A DNA stretch of 64,000 bases from Nitrososphaera sp. UBA210 (GTDB lineage Archaea > Thermoproteota > Nitrososphaeria > Nitrososphaerales > Nitrososphaeraceae). A program made the translations under genes and the position numbers. Positions 25,170 through 34,767 of the stretch are shown piece after piece. Where the stretch lies: contig DADA01000014.1 in NCBI GenBank assembly GCA_002494895.1, forward strand, positions 9,375 to 73,374. Direction: 5' to 3'. The number at the start of each line of letters is the position of its first letter. Position 1 is the first letter of the stretch. The notes beneath the pieces were generated by a model. It saw nothing but the letters and a program-made list of their open reading frames with translations, had not been told where the DNA came from and made no database searches.

Positions 25170-26818
25170 TTCTTGCCTAGCTTTGCCTTCCACTGCTCTA
25201 TTTCCTTTGCTTCTATCTTGCGAAAGACCGGCTCTACCGTTCCAAGTTGGTGGCCGGGCTTCAGAGCCTCAGCGTCCTTTGCCGACTCCCAGCTCTGGTT
25301 GTGAACGCTGCCCTCAAGATTTAGCTGGGCCCAGATCTTTTCGCAGGAAAAAGGAATGAAAGGCTCTAGCATGATGGCAAGCGAGCGCACCGCGTTGACC
25401 GAAAAATAGAGGGTGGTTGGTGCCGTATCTTTGTTAGCCCAGGGCGCGTTTGACTGAAAGTACTGGTTCATGAAAGTGCTGTATTTCAATATCCTTTTCA
25501 GCGCCCTGTCTATTTCGTTTCTTGACAGCAGGTCCCGGGATTCGTCGGTTGCTGCCGCGACTTCTTTTGCGATTTCGTCGCCTGAACCTGAAGGGCCGGG
25601 CACCTGGCCGCCGAAATTCTTTTGCGTGAATGAAAGCGCCCTGTTCACAAAGTTGCCGACGTTTGCTATCAGCTCGTTGTTTATCCTCTCATAGAACGCG
25701 TCAAAGTCAAAGTTCAAGTCATCCTGCGAAAAAGTGATCACTGACGCGATGTAAAACCGCAAATAGTCGGGGTTAAAGGAAGAAGTGAAATCCCGTAGGC
25801 CGATGTACCAATTCCTGCTCTTTGATATCTTTTGGTTCTGCAACATCAGGTGCCCCCTTGTCGGGATATAGTCGGGCAGCTTGTATTCAGAGTCCATTCC
25901 GAGGCGCATCGCCGGGAGAAAGAGGTAGTGGTGGTAGACAATGTCCTTGCCGATAAAATGGTAGATTTCCGAATCGTTCCAGAATTTCTTGCCGTCCATT
26001 CCCTTTTCACTGACAAACTTTGCCAGAGTCGAGATATAGCAGAGGTGGTTGTCAAACCAGCCGTACAAGACCTTGCCCTTTGCTTCCGGAAGCGGTATGG
26101 GCACGCCCCAGGACAGGTCGCGGGTAATGTCCCAGTCCTGTAGCCCCTCGTTTATCCAGTTGACGACATAGTTCCTGACATCGGGCTGCAGGTTTTCATT
26201 TGACATCAGCCAGTCCTTCAGCTTTTCGCCAAGGCTTGAGAGCCGAAAAAAATAGTGCTTGCTCTCCTTCTTGACCGGCGGCCTGCCGCATATCGCGCAT
26301 TTTGGCTCAAGGATCTGGTCGGGCACGCGGCCGCATTTTTCACACAGGTCGGAATACTGGTCCTCCGCTCCGCAGTACGGGCACCTGCCGATGACGTACC
26401 TGTCGGGCAGGAACTTTTCGTCAAAGGTGCAGTAGAACTGGATTACATTCTGGTCGTAGATGTAGCCGTTTTTTGAGAGTTTCTCAAAAACCTCCTGGAC
26501 GAACCTGACGTTTTCGTCAGAGCTGGTCTTGTAGAAAAAGTCAAACGAGATCCCAAGCGAGCTAAAGTCTTCTTTGTCACGCTTGTTCCAGTACGCGACA
26601 TAGTCCGCCGGGCTCTTGCCCTCTTTTTCGGCCCTTATGAGTATCGGCGTGCCAAAATCGTCAGACGCGCAGATGTGGTAGATCTCTCTGCCGTTGAGCC
26701 GGGAAAACCTTGTGAAAATATCTGCCGGCAGATAAGTCGATGCGATGTGGCCAAGGTGTATCTCACCGTTTGCGTACGGAAGCGCGCTGGTGACCACTGC
26801 ACTTTTCTCCGGCATCAC
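25166..26818 (-). CDS. metG: Methionine--tRNA ligase
   Basis: ALPYANGEIHLGH, Zn knuckles, WDITRDLSWG, GKDI and KISKS. Confidence 0.97.
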   Translation of the reverse strand: MMPEKSAVVTSALPYANGEIHLGHIASTYLPADIFTRFSRLNGREIYHICASDDFGTPILIRAEKEGKSPADYVAYWNKRDKEDFSSLGISFDFFYKTSSDENVRFVQEVFEKLSKNGYIYDQNVIQFYCTFDEKFLPDRYVIGRCPYCGAEDQYSDLCEKCGRVPDQILEPKCAICGRPPVKKESKHYFFRLSSLGEKLKDWLMSNENLQPDVRNYVVNWINEGLQDWDITRDLSWGVPIPLPEAKGKVLYGWFDNHLCYISTLAKFVSEKGMDGKKFWNDSEIYHFIGKDIVYHHYLFLPAMRLGMDSEYKLPDYIPTRGHLMLQNQKISKSRNWYIGLRDFTSSFNPDYLRFYIASVITFSQDDLNFDFDAFYERINNELIANVGNFVNRALSFTQKNFGGQVPGPSGSGDEIAKEVAAATDESRDLLSRNEIDRALKRILKYSTFMNQYFQSNAPWANKDTAPTTLYFSVNAVRSLAIMLEPFIPFSCEKIWAQLNLEGSVHNQSWESAKDAEALKPGHQLGTVEPVFRKIEAKEIEQWKAKLGKK

Positions 26819-26871
26819 AGTTCCACCCTTCGGACTAGATTTTAACCTAACGCGAAGACTTGCAGTCTAAA

Positions 26872-27387
26872 TTACTGGTTCTCGTACTCTTCGTGGTACT
26901 TTGCCCTTCCCCTTCTCATTATCAAAAAGAGCAACAGTATCACCCCTATCCACACGGATCCCATTATCATGTTGGTAAAGCTGACGTAGAGGTACGGCAT
27001 CGACTCCACCAGGTCCTCCTGGATGGCCCGAAGCGAAGCATGCATGTCAGTCATACCGGTGTTGTATTCTGTGCTGTAAATTTCAAGTGAAGATATCGAG
27101 TTAGCCCGCGATAATATGCGGTCAAGCTCGGCCTGTATCAGGGCAAAATCTGTTCTGGCAGTGGGAAACGACCAGACCGGGTTGCCGCTCTCTGGCATCG
27201 CCCTCTGCGCCTGGGCGACATAGCTAGCCAGGCCTTCCGGCGTCTGGGCAGTCTCGGCGCGCGCCAGGTATCCCAGCGCGGTGTCGACAGGGTAGATGGC
27301 CTGCTGGTATCCATAGAAAGCCATTCCTGCACCAAAGGTCATGAAGGCAACAACTCCGATGGCCACCAGCTTGTTAGACGACGCCAT
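26872..27387 (-). CDS. Hypothetical membrane protein (N- and C-terminal TM segments)
   Basis: Start at MASSNK; two TM helices flanking a helical domain. Confidence 0.75.
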   Translation of the reverse strand: MASSNKLVAIGVVAFMTFGAGMAFYGYQQAIYPVDTALGYLARAETAQTPEGLASYVAQAQRAMPESGNPVWSFPTARTDFALIQAELDRILSRANSISSLEIYSTEYNTGMTDMHASLRAIQEDLVESMPYLYVSFTNMIMGSVWIGVILLLFLIMRRGRAKYHEEYENQ

Positions 27388-27489
27388 GAATACGATATAG
27401 CGCTTCTGGCGATATTTAGATGTGGCGGAATCAGGTTCTATCGATTCCGATAACCATTTTATAGCGAGCAAGAACGAGAATCATCAGAA

Positions 27490-27795
27490 TTGGCGCTTGT
27501 CAAGGTGGCCCAGAAGGGCGAGATAAAAGAGAATGGCGGCAAAGAGCTCAGTGTCAACGGGACAAGGGTCGCGCTCTTTTACGCAAATGGCAGGTACTAT
27601 GCCATCGAAGCCCTATGCAGGCATCAGGACGGCTCGCTTGCCCCGGGCAAGATCGACGGCGAAGTAGTAGAGTGCCCGATGCATTCTTGGCATTACAACA
27701 TAAAGACGGGAGAGCTGCTCGACTACCTTGAAGGAGTAAAGCTCGCGACTTACAAAGTCGACGTCAAGGGAAACGACATCTATATCGAAGTTTAG
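27490..27795 (+). CDS. Rieske [2Fe-2S] ferredoxin
   Basis: CRH...CPMH ligands. Confidence 0.92.
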   Translation: MALVKVAQKGEIKENGGKELSVNGTRVALFYANGRYYAIEALCRHQDGSLAPGKIDGEVVECPMHSWHYNIKTGELLDYLEGVKLATYKVDVKGNDIYIEV

Positions 27796-27836
27796 GACAA
27801 AGTAAAAAACAGGGCTGGCGGCTCTACCGGCAACTA

Positions 27837-29234
27837 TTGAGGCTTTACAACACTCTCAGCCGCAAGGTCGAAGAGCTAAAGCCGCAGAACAATTCAGTAG
27901 GAATCTATGTCTGCGGCGTCACAGTCTACGACGATTCGCACATCGGCCACGCGCGCACCGTCATTGTCTTTGACGTCCTCCGGAGATACCTCATTTCAAA
28001 CGGCTACAAGGTATCTTTTGTCCAGAACTTTACCGATGTAGACGACAAGATAATCAACAGGGCAAAGGCCGAGGGAAGAAAGGCAGAGGAGATATCGGAA
28101 AAGTACATCGAGAACTATTACCGCGACTTTGGCGGGCTGAACGTGCTAAAGGCAGATCACCAGCCAAAGGCAACCGATCACATCAAGGAAATGATCGAGC
28201 TCATAGGCGGCCTGATAGAAAAAAAGCATGCTTATCTGACCCTTAACGGTGTGTATTTCCGGGTTAGGTCTTTTTCCGGTTACGGCAAGCTGTCAAAAAA
28301 GCCGGTCGAAGAGCTAGAGTCCGGGGCAAGGGTCGAAGTTGACCCGGCAAAGGAGGACCCGCTTGATTTTGCGCTCTGGAAATTTTCCTCTGAAGATCCG
28401 GCGTGGGAGAGCCCTTGGGGAAAAGGGAGGCCGGGATGGCACATCGAATGCTCTGCAATGTCGATAAAGTACCTTGGAAGCACTTTTGAGATTCACGGGG
28501 GCGGCCACGACCTGGTATTTCCCCACCATGAAAACGAGATAGCCCAGTCAGAATCGTACACGGGCCAGGAATTCGCAAAGATATGGATGCATTCCGGGAT
28601 GGTCACCATAGGCTCCCAAAAGATGAGCAAGTCGCTTGGCAACATCGTAGTCATTGACAAGGCGCTGAAGCGCTGGGGCATGAATTCTCTCCGGCTGTAC
28701 TGCATGTCCGTCCATTATTCAAAGCCCCTCGACTATACTGATGAATTGTTGCTGGAGTCGGTCCAGCGCTGGCGCCAGATAGAGACGTGTGTCTACGAGT
28801 TGAGGTCTGCCGCCGGTACCGGCAGCGACACAGAGGCGGCCAGCAGGATGAGCGACGAGTCCGCAAAGGCGTTTGAGGCGGCCATGGACGAGGACATGAA
28901 CACGGCACTTGCCCTGACAGGGCTCATGAAGTTTGTAGCAGGCATCAACCAGCTTGCGGCGGCAGACAACCTTAGCAGGCAAATGGCGGACAGGCTGCAG
29001 ACGGCCCTCCAGAAAATGATGTGCGTGCTGGGGCTCCGGGTCATGGAAGCAGACTGGGCAGAGAAGGGCGAGATAGAGGAGCTGTTAAAAGAGCGCGCCA
29101 AGCTCAGGGAAGCGAAAAAATTCAGAGAAGCTGACGAGCTGAGAAAAAAACTGCTCGAGGAGCGGTCTGTCGAGCTGATGGACCACAGGGCCAGGACGGT
29201 CTGGGTAAAGAGAGAAAGGACGTCAGCCGGATAA
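27837..29234 (+). CDS. cysS: Cysteine--tRNA ligase
   Basis: CGVTVY..SHIGH, GRPGWHIEC, FPHHENE and KMSKS. Confidence 0.97.
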   Translation: MRLYNTLSRKVEELKPQNNSVGIYVCGVTVYDDSHIGHARTVIVFDVLRRYLISNGYKVSFVQNFTDVDDKIINRAKAEGRKAEEISEKYIENYYRDFGGLNVLKADHQPKATDHIKEMIELIGGLIEKKHAYLTLNGVYFRVRSFSGYGKLSKKPVEELESGARVEVDPAKEDPLDFALWKFSSEDPAWESPWGKGRPGWHIECSAMSIKYLGSTFEIHGGGHDLVFPHHENEIAQSESYTGQEFAKIWMHSGMVTIGSQKMSKSLGNIVVIDKALKRWGMNSLRLYCMSVHYSKPLDYTDELLLESVQRWRQIETCVYELRSAAGTGSDTEAASRMSDESAKAFEAAMDEDMNTALALTGLMKFVAGINQLAAADNLSRQMADRLQTALQKMMCVLGLRVMEADWAEKGEIEELLKERAKLREAKKFREADELRKKLLEERSVELMDHRARTVWVKRERTSAG

Positions 29235-29314
29235 CAGACAGATTTTCACCCACTTGTGTATCTTGTTGCACTTCGGGGCTAATGAGATCGCTTTGCATCA
29301 GAATCCCGTAGCCA

Positions 29315-29668
29315 ATGAAGATACTCGACGGCAAGCGCGTCGGATCGGTAACCATATTTGAGGACACTATCATGCTGGGCGAGGTGGTGGGAGATGTCAT
29401 ACTGAACACCGGCCACCTGGAGTTCAAGGGCAAGGTCCTGGGGAACCTCTTTGTCAGAACCGGCACCTGCAGGATGCTGGGGATAATCAGGGGCAACCTG
29501 GTGAACGAGAAGGGCGACGTCGAGATATTCGGGACAGTCCACGGCAAGGTCGTGACGAAATCCGGCTATACCTACATCAACCCTGAGAGCAAGGTCGGAA
29601 TCGTAGAGAACGCCCCCGTTGCGCTGCCTGCAGAAAGCAGGGCACTTGTAAAGGGCGCAGTCACCTAG
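29315..29668 (+). CDS. Bactofilin-like (polymer-forming beta-helix) protein
   Basis: Repeats of GxV/IxGN/D(V/L) about every 17 aa; no signal peptide. Confidence 0.7.
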   Translation: MKILDGKRVGSVTIFEDTIMLGEVVGDVILNTGHLEFKGKVLGNLFVRTGTCRMLGIIRGNLVNEKGDVEIFGTVHGKVVTKSGYTYINPESKVGIVENAPVALPAESRALVKGAVT

Positions 29669-29856
29669 GAACTTTTTATCTTGTCCAGGTCTTTTTGAAG
29701 CAGCTCTATCGTCTTTGGTATCTCTTTTTCCGCGCACAGGAGGCAGATCTGCTGGAGCGAAAGCGGGTACGTAAAATACCGCTCATTTAGCGCAATGTCG
29801 CGCTTGCACGATACACACTTTTTCATCTTGTAGGGGTCAGTGTTCTTGACTATCAT
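29665..29856 (-). CDS. Small Zn-finger protein
   Basis: CVSC...CLLC; overlaps the beta-CASP gene stop. Confidence 0.75.
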   Translation of the reverse strand: MIVKNTDPYKMKKCVSCKRDIALNERYFTYPLSLQQICLLCAEKEIPKTIELLQKDLDKIKSS

Positions 29857-31115
29857 ACGTCGATAATGTCTCCCTGATCTGGCGCGTGGGCGTCAAAGCC
29901 GTACTTTTCCTTGATCTCTTCCGCGAATTTGACGCATGACGGCCCGTCGCCGTGCACTGTAAGCACTTTGGGATTTCCCTTCACCTTGTCAAGGATCTCG
30001 AACAGCTCGCTTCTGCTGTTGTGCCCAGAGAATTCAAACCGTTTCACGTCCGCGTAGCACTTCCTCATCTTTCCGTCAATGTTGGCGATTTTCTTGTCAA
30101 GGAGCAGCCTGCCGGGCGTCCCTTCTCCCTGGTACGAAACCATCGCGATTCCGTTCTTGTCGCTCCCTGCCAGCTGCTGCGTGTAATGGATCGCAGATCC
30201 GCCGACTAGCATGCCGGCCGGCGAAATAATGACGCAGGGCTCGTTCACCACCTTGCGCCTCCTTGCCCAGCCCTGGATCCACTCGGCTTCCCCTATCGCC
30301 TTTCGAAACATCTCGGCGTCGCGGAGAAATGCCGGGTGACGGCTCATTATCTGGTTGGCTTTCAGCGCCATGCCGTCCATTACCACCTTATGCTTGAAAT
30401 CGTAGGCTTTGAGCACGCATGCAATTTCTTGCGCGCGCTCTACTGAAAATGAGGGGACAAAGAGCGTCCCTCCGCGCTCTATGACGTCGTAGGCAAACTC
30501 GATCAATCCTCGCTCTGACTCTTCGCGGGGTGTCTGCTCGTTCTGCGAGTAGGTGCTCTCGATTATCATCATGTCTATTTCGCCGATGTCAAGGTCGGCC
30601 GGGCGCAGGAGCTTCGATCCCCTGGTGTTGATGTCGCCGGTGTAAAACACCTTCTTGCCTTCGTGCTCCACTACCACGGTCGCGCCGCCGACTACGTGGC
30701 CCGACTCATGAAGGGTCACCTTTGCATCATTCACGGCATGAGGCTCTCTATACTGCAGGTTCTTGGAGCTCTTTAGCATCGTCATGACGTCAAGATATTC
30801 AAAAGGCAGGAAGAACCCGGAGAGCTTTATCATGTCGGCAATGAGGAGCTCTGACAGCTCAAAGGTAGGCAGCGTGGCCAGCGCTGGTATGTCTGTCGAT
30901 CCCGACAGGTAAAGAGACGGGGCAAATCCAGAATGGTCAAGATGGGCATGCGTTATCACTACGGCATCGACTTCTTTTGGCATGATGTGCATCGGAAAGA
31001 CCGGCTCGCGCTTTAGCAGGACGCCATAGTCCATCAGGATGTTAGTGTTGTTGCAGTTTACCAGAAAAGCGGAGCGGCCGACTTCCTTGGCGGCTCCCAT
31101 AACCTTTACTCTCAA
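29853..31115 (-). CDS. Beta-CASP metallo-beta-lactamase ribonuclease (aCPSF2-like, no KH domain)
   Basis: THAHLDH, SGHVVG, YTGD, ESTY, SGH and VHG motifs. Confidence 0.9.
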   Translation of the reverse strand: MRVKVMGAAKEVGRSAFLVNCNNTNILMDYGVLLKREPVFPMHIMPKEVDAVVITHAHLDHSGFAPSLYLSGSTDIPALATLPTFELSELLIADMIKLSGFFLPFEYLDVMTMLKSSKNLQYREPHAVNDAKVTLHESGHVVGGATVVVEHEGKKVFYTGDINTRGSKLLRPADLDIGEIDMMIIESTYSQNEQTPREESERGLIEFAYDVIERGGTLFVPSFSVERAQEIACVLKAYDFKHKVVMDGMALKANQIMSRHPAFLRDAEMFRKAIGEAEWIQGWARRRKVVNEPCVIISPAGMLVGGSAIHYTQQLAGSDKNGIAMVSYQGEGTPGRLLLDKKIANIDGKMRKCYADVKRFEFSGHNSRSELFEILDKVKGNPKVLTVHGDGPSCVKFAEEIKEKYGFDAHAPDQGDIIDV

Positions 31116-31150
31116 GTTGTATTTCTGCTAAAGGTCAAGTCATATGCGCT

Positions 31151-31957
31151 TTAAATCTTGCTAAAGTGAACCTGCCACAAAGGCTCGGGCGCGGCCGGGT
31201 TCTCCAGTTTCTGCAAGTAGCGGTACCCGCATTCATCGAGCACCACTTCAAAATCGTAACCATTCCCAGCGGATTCGCTGGCGGTCTGGCTCTTGAGCGC
31301 ATCTCTGACCAAGCCTGCTTTTTCGCGCCTTGCATAGACATACCACAGGTTGTGCGCCCCGCGGAGCCGGTGGAGCTCGGCGCGCCTTGCATCGGGGATC
31401 TTTGTGTAATATTTGTTCATGAGCTCGGTGTTTACGTCATCCCACGATGGCGTCCTCCACCACGCGACGCGATCAAATCCATGGCCGTCAAATTCTGCGG
31501 CGAGACTGATCCCCTGGTCAAGCGTAGTGACTATTACGTCCGTCCTGCGCGCCAGAGGATCCCGGAAATCCTGCCCCGGCTCCATCCACCCAACAAAAAT
31601 CAAGTCGTATCTCCCGTTGATCCAGTGCGCGTCGGCGATCCTGACATAGTCAGGCTTTGCGACGCCCAGTCCGTAGAAAATGTTTTCGCTCTTTTCGATC
31701 CCTTCCGCTTTTGGGAGGAGCTCCCTGACGTGACTTAGAAAGTCGCCATAGCCGCAGCCGACGTCAAGGTAGCTCGGCTCGGCAGAAAGAGACCTTGCTA
31801 TCGCCGCAACCCGCATGACATCGACCTTGCGGTAGGCAAAATATGAGCCAGAAAAAAGCGGAAAGCTATAGCGCTCATGGTATGGCGAGACGGCGGCTGC
31901 GCGAAAAAAGGCAAGTGCCTGCCTCGCCTTTTTCAGATCATCGATGTCAGATGGCAT
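31151..31957 (-). CDS. Class I SAM-dependent methyltransferase-like protein, paralog B
   Basis: YLDVGCGYGDF motif I; clear paralog of 31960-32775. Confidence 0.8.
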   Translation of the reverse strand: MPSDIDDLKKARQALAFFRAAAVSPYHERYSFPLFSGSYFAYRKVDVMRVAAIARSLSAEPSYLDVGCGYGDFLSHVRELLPKAEGIEKSENIFYGLGVAKPDYVRIADAHWINGRYDLIFVGWMEPGQDFRDPLARRTDVIVTTLDQGISLAAEFDGHGFDRVAWWRTPSWDDVNTELMNKYYTKIPDARRAELHRLRGAHNLWYVYARREKAGLVRDALKSQTASESAGNGYDFEVVLDECGYRYLQKLENPAAPEPLWQVHFSKI

Positions 31958-31959
31958 GG

Positions 31960-32775
31960 CTAATCAAAAATTACTTCCCATAACCTGGCTTTGCCAGTCA
32001 ACGCAGGTAGTTTCTGCTTGTAGCCAAATCCGCAGTCGTCAAGGACAGATTCAAAGTCATACCTGTCTTCCGCATTTTCAGTTTCAAGCCACGACTTTAG
32101 CCCTGCCCTTGCCCGCTCGGTGAACCCGGGCCGCGTGTAAACGTACCAATAGTTGTGGGCGGACCGGAGCTTTGCCAGCTGCTCCTTCTTTTCTGCCGCA
32201 AGCCCGGGAGTATAGTATTTGTTCATGAGTTCCGTATTCACGTCGATCCACGACGGCGTCCTCCACCATGCTGTGCGCTCATAGCCGAATTCCTCGTATT
32301 CGCATCCTCCGTTGATCCCGCACTGGCCCCCTGCGTCAAACGTGGTTATCACGCAATTTGCAAAGCGCGCGACATCCCTGCGGAAATCCTGCCCCGGCTC
32401 CATCCACCCAACAAACGCGACATCAGTTGGCCGGGAGAACGCCTCTATGGGGATCAGCGAAACGTAGTCGGGTTTTTGAACCTGAAATGAGTAGAAAATG
32501 CCGCCTTCTTTTTCTATCCCGGTGGCTCCGGGCAGATGAGAGCGAATCCTGGCAAGAAAGTCTCCATAGCCGCATCCAACGTCGACAAAGCTCGGCTCAC
32601 CAGAAAGAGACCTTGCGACAGAGACTACCCGGCAGACATCTATCTTGCGGTACGCGAAATATGATCCGGTGAAAAATGGAAAGATGTACCTGGCGTGGTG
32701 GGGATGGGCACTGCGCTCAAGGAACTGCCTGTAAGCTTTGTATGCGCTCTGAAGCTCCTGGATCGCAAAAGGCAC
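31960..32775 (-). CDS. Class I SAM-dependent methyltransferase-like protein, paralog A
   Basis: FVDVGCGYGDF motif I. Confidence 0.8.
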   Translation of the reverse strand: MPFAIQELQSAYKAYRQFLERSAHPHHARYIFPFFTGSYFAYRKIDVCRVVSVARSLSGEPSFVDVGCGYGDFLARIRSHLPGATGIEKEGGIFYSFQVQKPDYVSLIPIEAFSRPTDVAFVGWMEPGQDFRRDVARFANCVITTFDAGGQCGINGGCEYEEFGYERTAWWRTPSWIDVNTELMNKYYTPGLAAEKKEQLAKLRSAHNYWYVYTRPGFTERARAGLKSWLETENAEDRYDFESVLDDCGFGYKQKLPALTGKARLWEVIFD

Positions 32776-32898
32776 AACATTTCAAAACGTTACCAGTCCC
32801 TATAATTTTTTCCGCTGAAAGAGCCGCGACAATTTTCATATAACACTGTTTGGAAAAACCCAAAAGGCTTATTAAGTTCTGCCAGTTACTTTGGGGGT

Positions 32899-33117
32899 AT
32901 GGTTAGGAAATTTGATGATTGGTGGAGAACCGTTCCAGCTGACTTGAAGACCAAAGCTCGCAAGGGCGACGAGGCGAACAAACCGTTGCTAAACCAAGTT
33001 AACTATGTTCTTCTGCATCTTCACTTGGCAGGCAAGCACGATGCAAAGCCAACACACGAAGAGCTGAAGGATTGGCTTCACAGCGGCCAAGTAGACGTTC
33101 TCAGAATGAACAAGTAA
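32899..33117 (+). CDS. Small hypothetical protein
   Basis: 72-aa ATG ORF with TATA (CTTATTAA) upstream and a long T-tract downstream. Confidence 0.8.
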   Translation: MVRKFDDWWRTVPADLKTKARKGDEANKPLLNQVNYVLLHLHLAGKHDAKPTHEELKDWLHSGQVDVLRMNK

Positions 33118-33150
33118 CTTTTTTCCTTTCCTTTTCTATTTTTGTTTTTT
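33118..33150 (+). terminator. Oligo-T archaeal terminator
   Basis: Several T runs immediately after the stop codon. Confidence 0.6.
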
Positions 33151-33244
33151 CGCAACCGGCGCGTGTGTTTGTTATAACAGCGTTTTGCCGTATGCATAGG
33201 GTTTAAATAGTTTCGGTCAATACTGACGTCTAAGTGAATTATAG

Positions 33245-33538
33245 ATGCCAATTGCTATACTTCCAGACGTTGATGAGCAAAGATGCATCGGCTGTGCGCT
33301 CTGCGTAGAGATCTGCACTGCCCTAGGTCCGGACGTTCTCAGAGTAAAACCGGTCGAAGGATGGAAGAGAGGTAAGGCGTTCGTCTTTTATCCAGAAAGG
33401 TGCATTTCAGATGGCGCATGTGTAGGCGTATGCCCAACACACGCGATCTTCTGGATGAGGCCAATGGAATACACCGCAGGACAGCCAGTTCCTCTGCACA
33501 AGAACGGCGTATTCGACAAGGGCTGGGAAGAAGGTTAA
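33245..33538 (+). CDS. Dicluster ferredoxin
   Basis: CIGCALCVEIC and CISDGACVGVCP. Confidence 0.93.
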   Translation: MPIAILPDVDEQRCIGCALCVEICTALGPDVLRVKPVEGWKRGKAFVFYPERCISDGACVGVCPTHAIFWMRPMEYTAGQPVPLHKNGVFDKGWEEG

Positions 33539-33621
33539 GTCCGAACAGCAAAAATCTCCCCCTTTTTACATTTTTATTTTAAACTTCATCTGGCAGGCTT
33601 GCCTGAGAAAACCGATAGCCT

Positions 33622-33645
33622 ATAACTGACTGACTGGTCAGTTAT
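33622..33645. promoter_or_regulatory. 9-bp perfect inverted repeat upstream of the tfb promoter
   Basis: ATAACTGAC-N6-GTCAGTTAT about 30 bp before TATA-like ACTTAAAT. Confidence 0.5.
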
Positions 33646-33707
33646 TCCTTACCTGATAAGCGAAAGATTGCTACCTTACTTAAATCCAAGAATCACGATA
33701 ATTAAGT

Positions 33708-34619
33708 GTGGTCAAGCAACAGGCACTGCGAAACGTGGTAACAGATCCGGAGACCGGCGAGCTTATCAGCTTGGATAGCGGCCAGGTAATTTCGGAAAAC
33801 ACGCTATCGCTAGAGCCGGAATGGCGCTCATTTGACGCTAGAGAAGCTGGAGAGCGGGCAAGGACCGGAGTCCCAACTTCACTTGCCCGGCACGATATGG
33901 GGCTGTCCACCGTCATCGGAAGGACCGACAGGGACGCCGGGGGAAACACAATCGCGTCGGACATGCGCTTTAGGATGGAGAGGCTCAAAAAGTGGGACAA
34001 CAGGAGCCAGAGGCATTCGCCTACGGAGCGAAATTTGCAGCAGGCATTTGGCATGCTGGTCAAGATAAAAGATAGGATGGGACTGCCAGACTCTGTTGTC
34101 GAAAAGGCCGCCTATGTATACAGAAAGGCGCAGGAGAAAAAGCTTATCCGGGGAAGGACGATAGGTTCGGTGCTTGCGGCGTCAATATACATTGCAAGCA
34201 GGCAGATGGGCGTCCTGAGGACGCTTGACGACGTGTCTGCAAACAGCGACGTCAAGCCCAAGGAGGTCGGAAGATCGTACAGGCTATTGGTTTCAAGGCT
34301 AGAGCTGCAGGTGCCAATGATAGACCCCACGAAATATGTGGCCAAGGTCGCTAATAACATCAGCCTGAGCGAGCGGACAAAGCGCAAGGCCATCGCGATA
34401 ATATCTGAAGCGCAACGGAGAGGAATTTCAGTCGGCAAGGACCCGATGGGAATTGCTGCATCTGTCCTTTACCTGGCGGGTCAGGCAACTGGGGAGCTAA
34501 AGACCCAGGCCGATGTTGCAAGGGCTGCCGGCGTGACGGAAATTACCGTGAGGAACAGGTCACGGGAGCTCAAGACGCGCCTTGGGATAGCGCCTGATCG
34601 CATTTCTATGACAAACTAG
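33708..34619 (+). CDS. tfb: Transcription initiation factor IIB (Zn-ribbon cysteines absent)
   Basis: PEWRSF B-reader, RTG.P, two cyclin repeats, TQADVA..AGVTEITVRNR. Confidence 0.95.
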   Translation: MVKQQALRNVVTDPETGELISLDSGQVISENTLSLEPEWRSFDAREAGERARTGVPTSLARHDMGLSTVIGRTDRDAGGNTIASDMRFRMERLKKWDNRSQRHSPTERNLQQAFGMLVKIKDRMGLPDSVVEKAAYVYRKAQEKKLIRGRTIGSVLAASIYIASRQMGVLRTLDDVSANSDVKPKEVGRSYRLLVSRLELQVPMIDPTKYVAKVANNISLSERTKRKAIAIISEAQRRGISVGKDPMGIAASVLYLAGQATGELKTQADVARAAGVTEITVRNRSRELKTRLGIAPDRISMTN

Positions 34620-34656
34620 GAAAACCCTTATCTGCATAGAGCGAGTATTACTGGCA

Positions 34657-34767
34657 ATGTGCGACATGTACTATGAGCCAAAACAAAGGGCCAGGATAAA
34701 GAATCCGCTGCCGGAAGAGCCGGAACTCGAGAAGGTAGAAGAGCAGCCGTTGGTAGTCAAAGCCTAG
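34657..34767 (+). CDS. 36-aa microprotein (not in ORF track)
   Basis: MCDMYYEPKQRARIKNPLPEEPELEKVEEQPLVVKA; BRE/TATA-like GAAAACCCTTAT about 25 nt upstream. Confidence 0.5.
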   Translation: MCDMYYEPKQRARIKNPLPEEPELEKVEEQPLVVKA

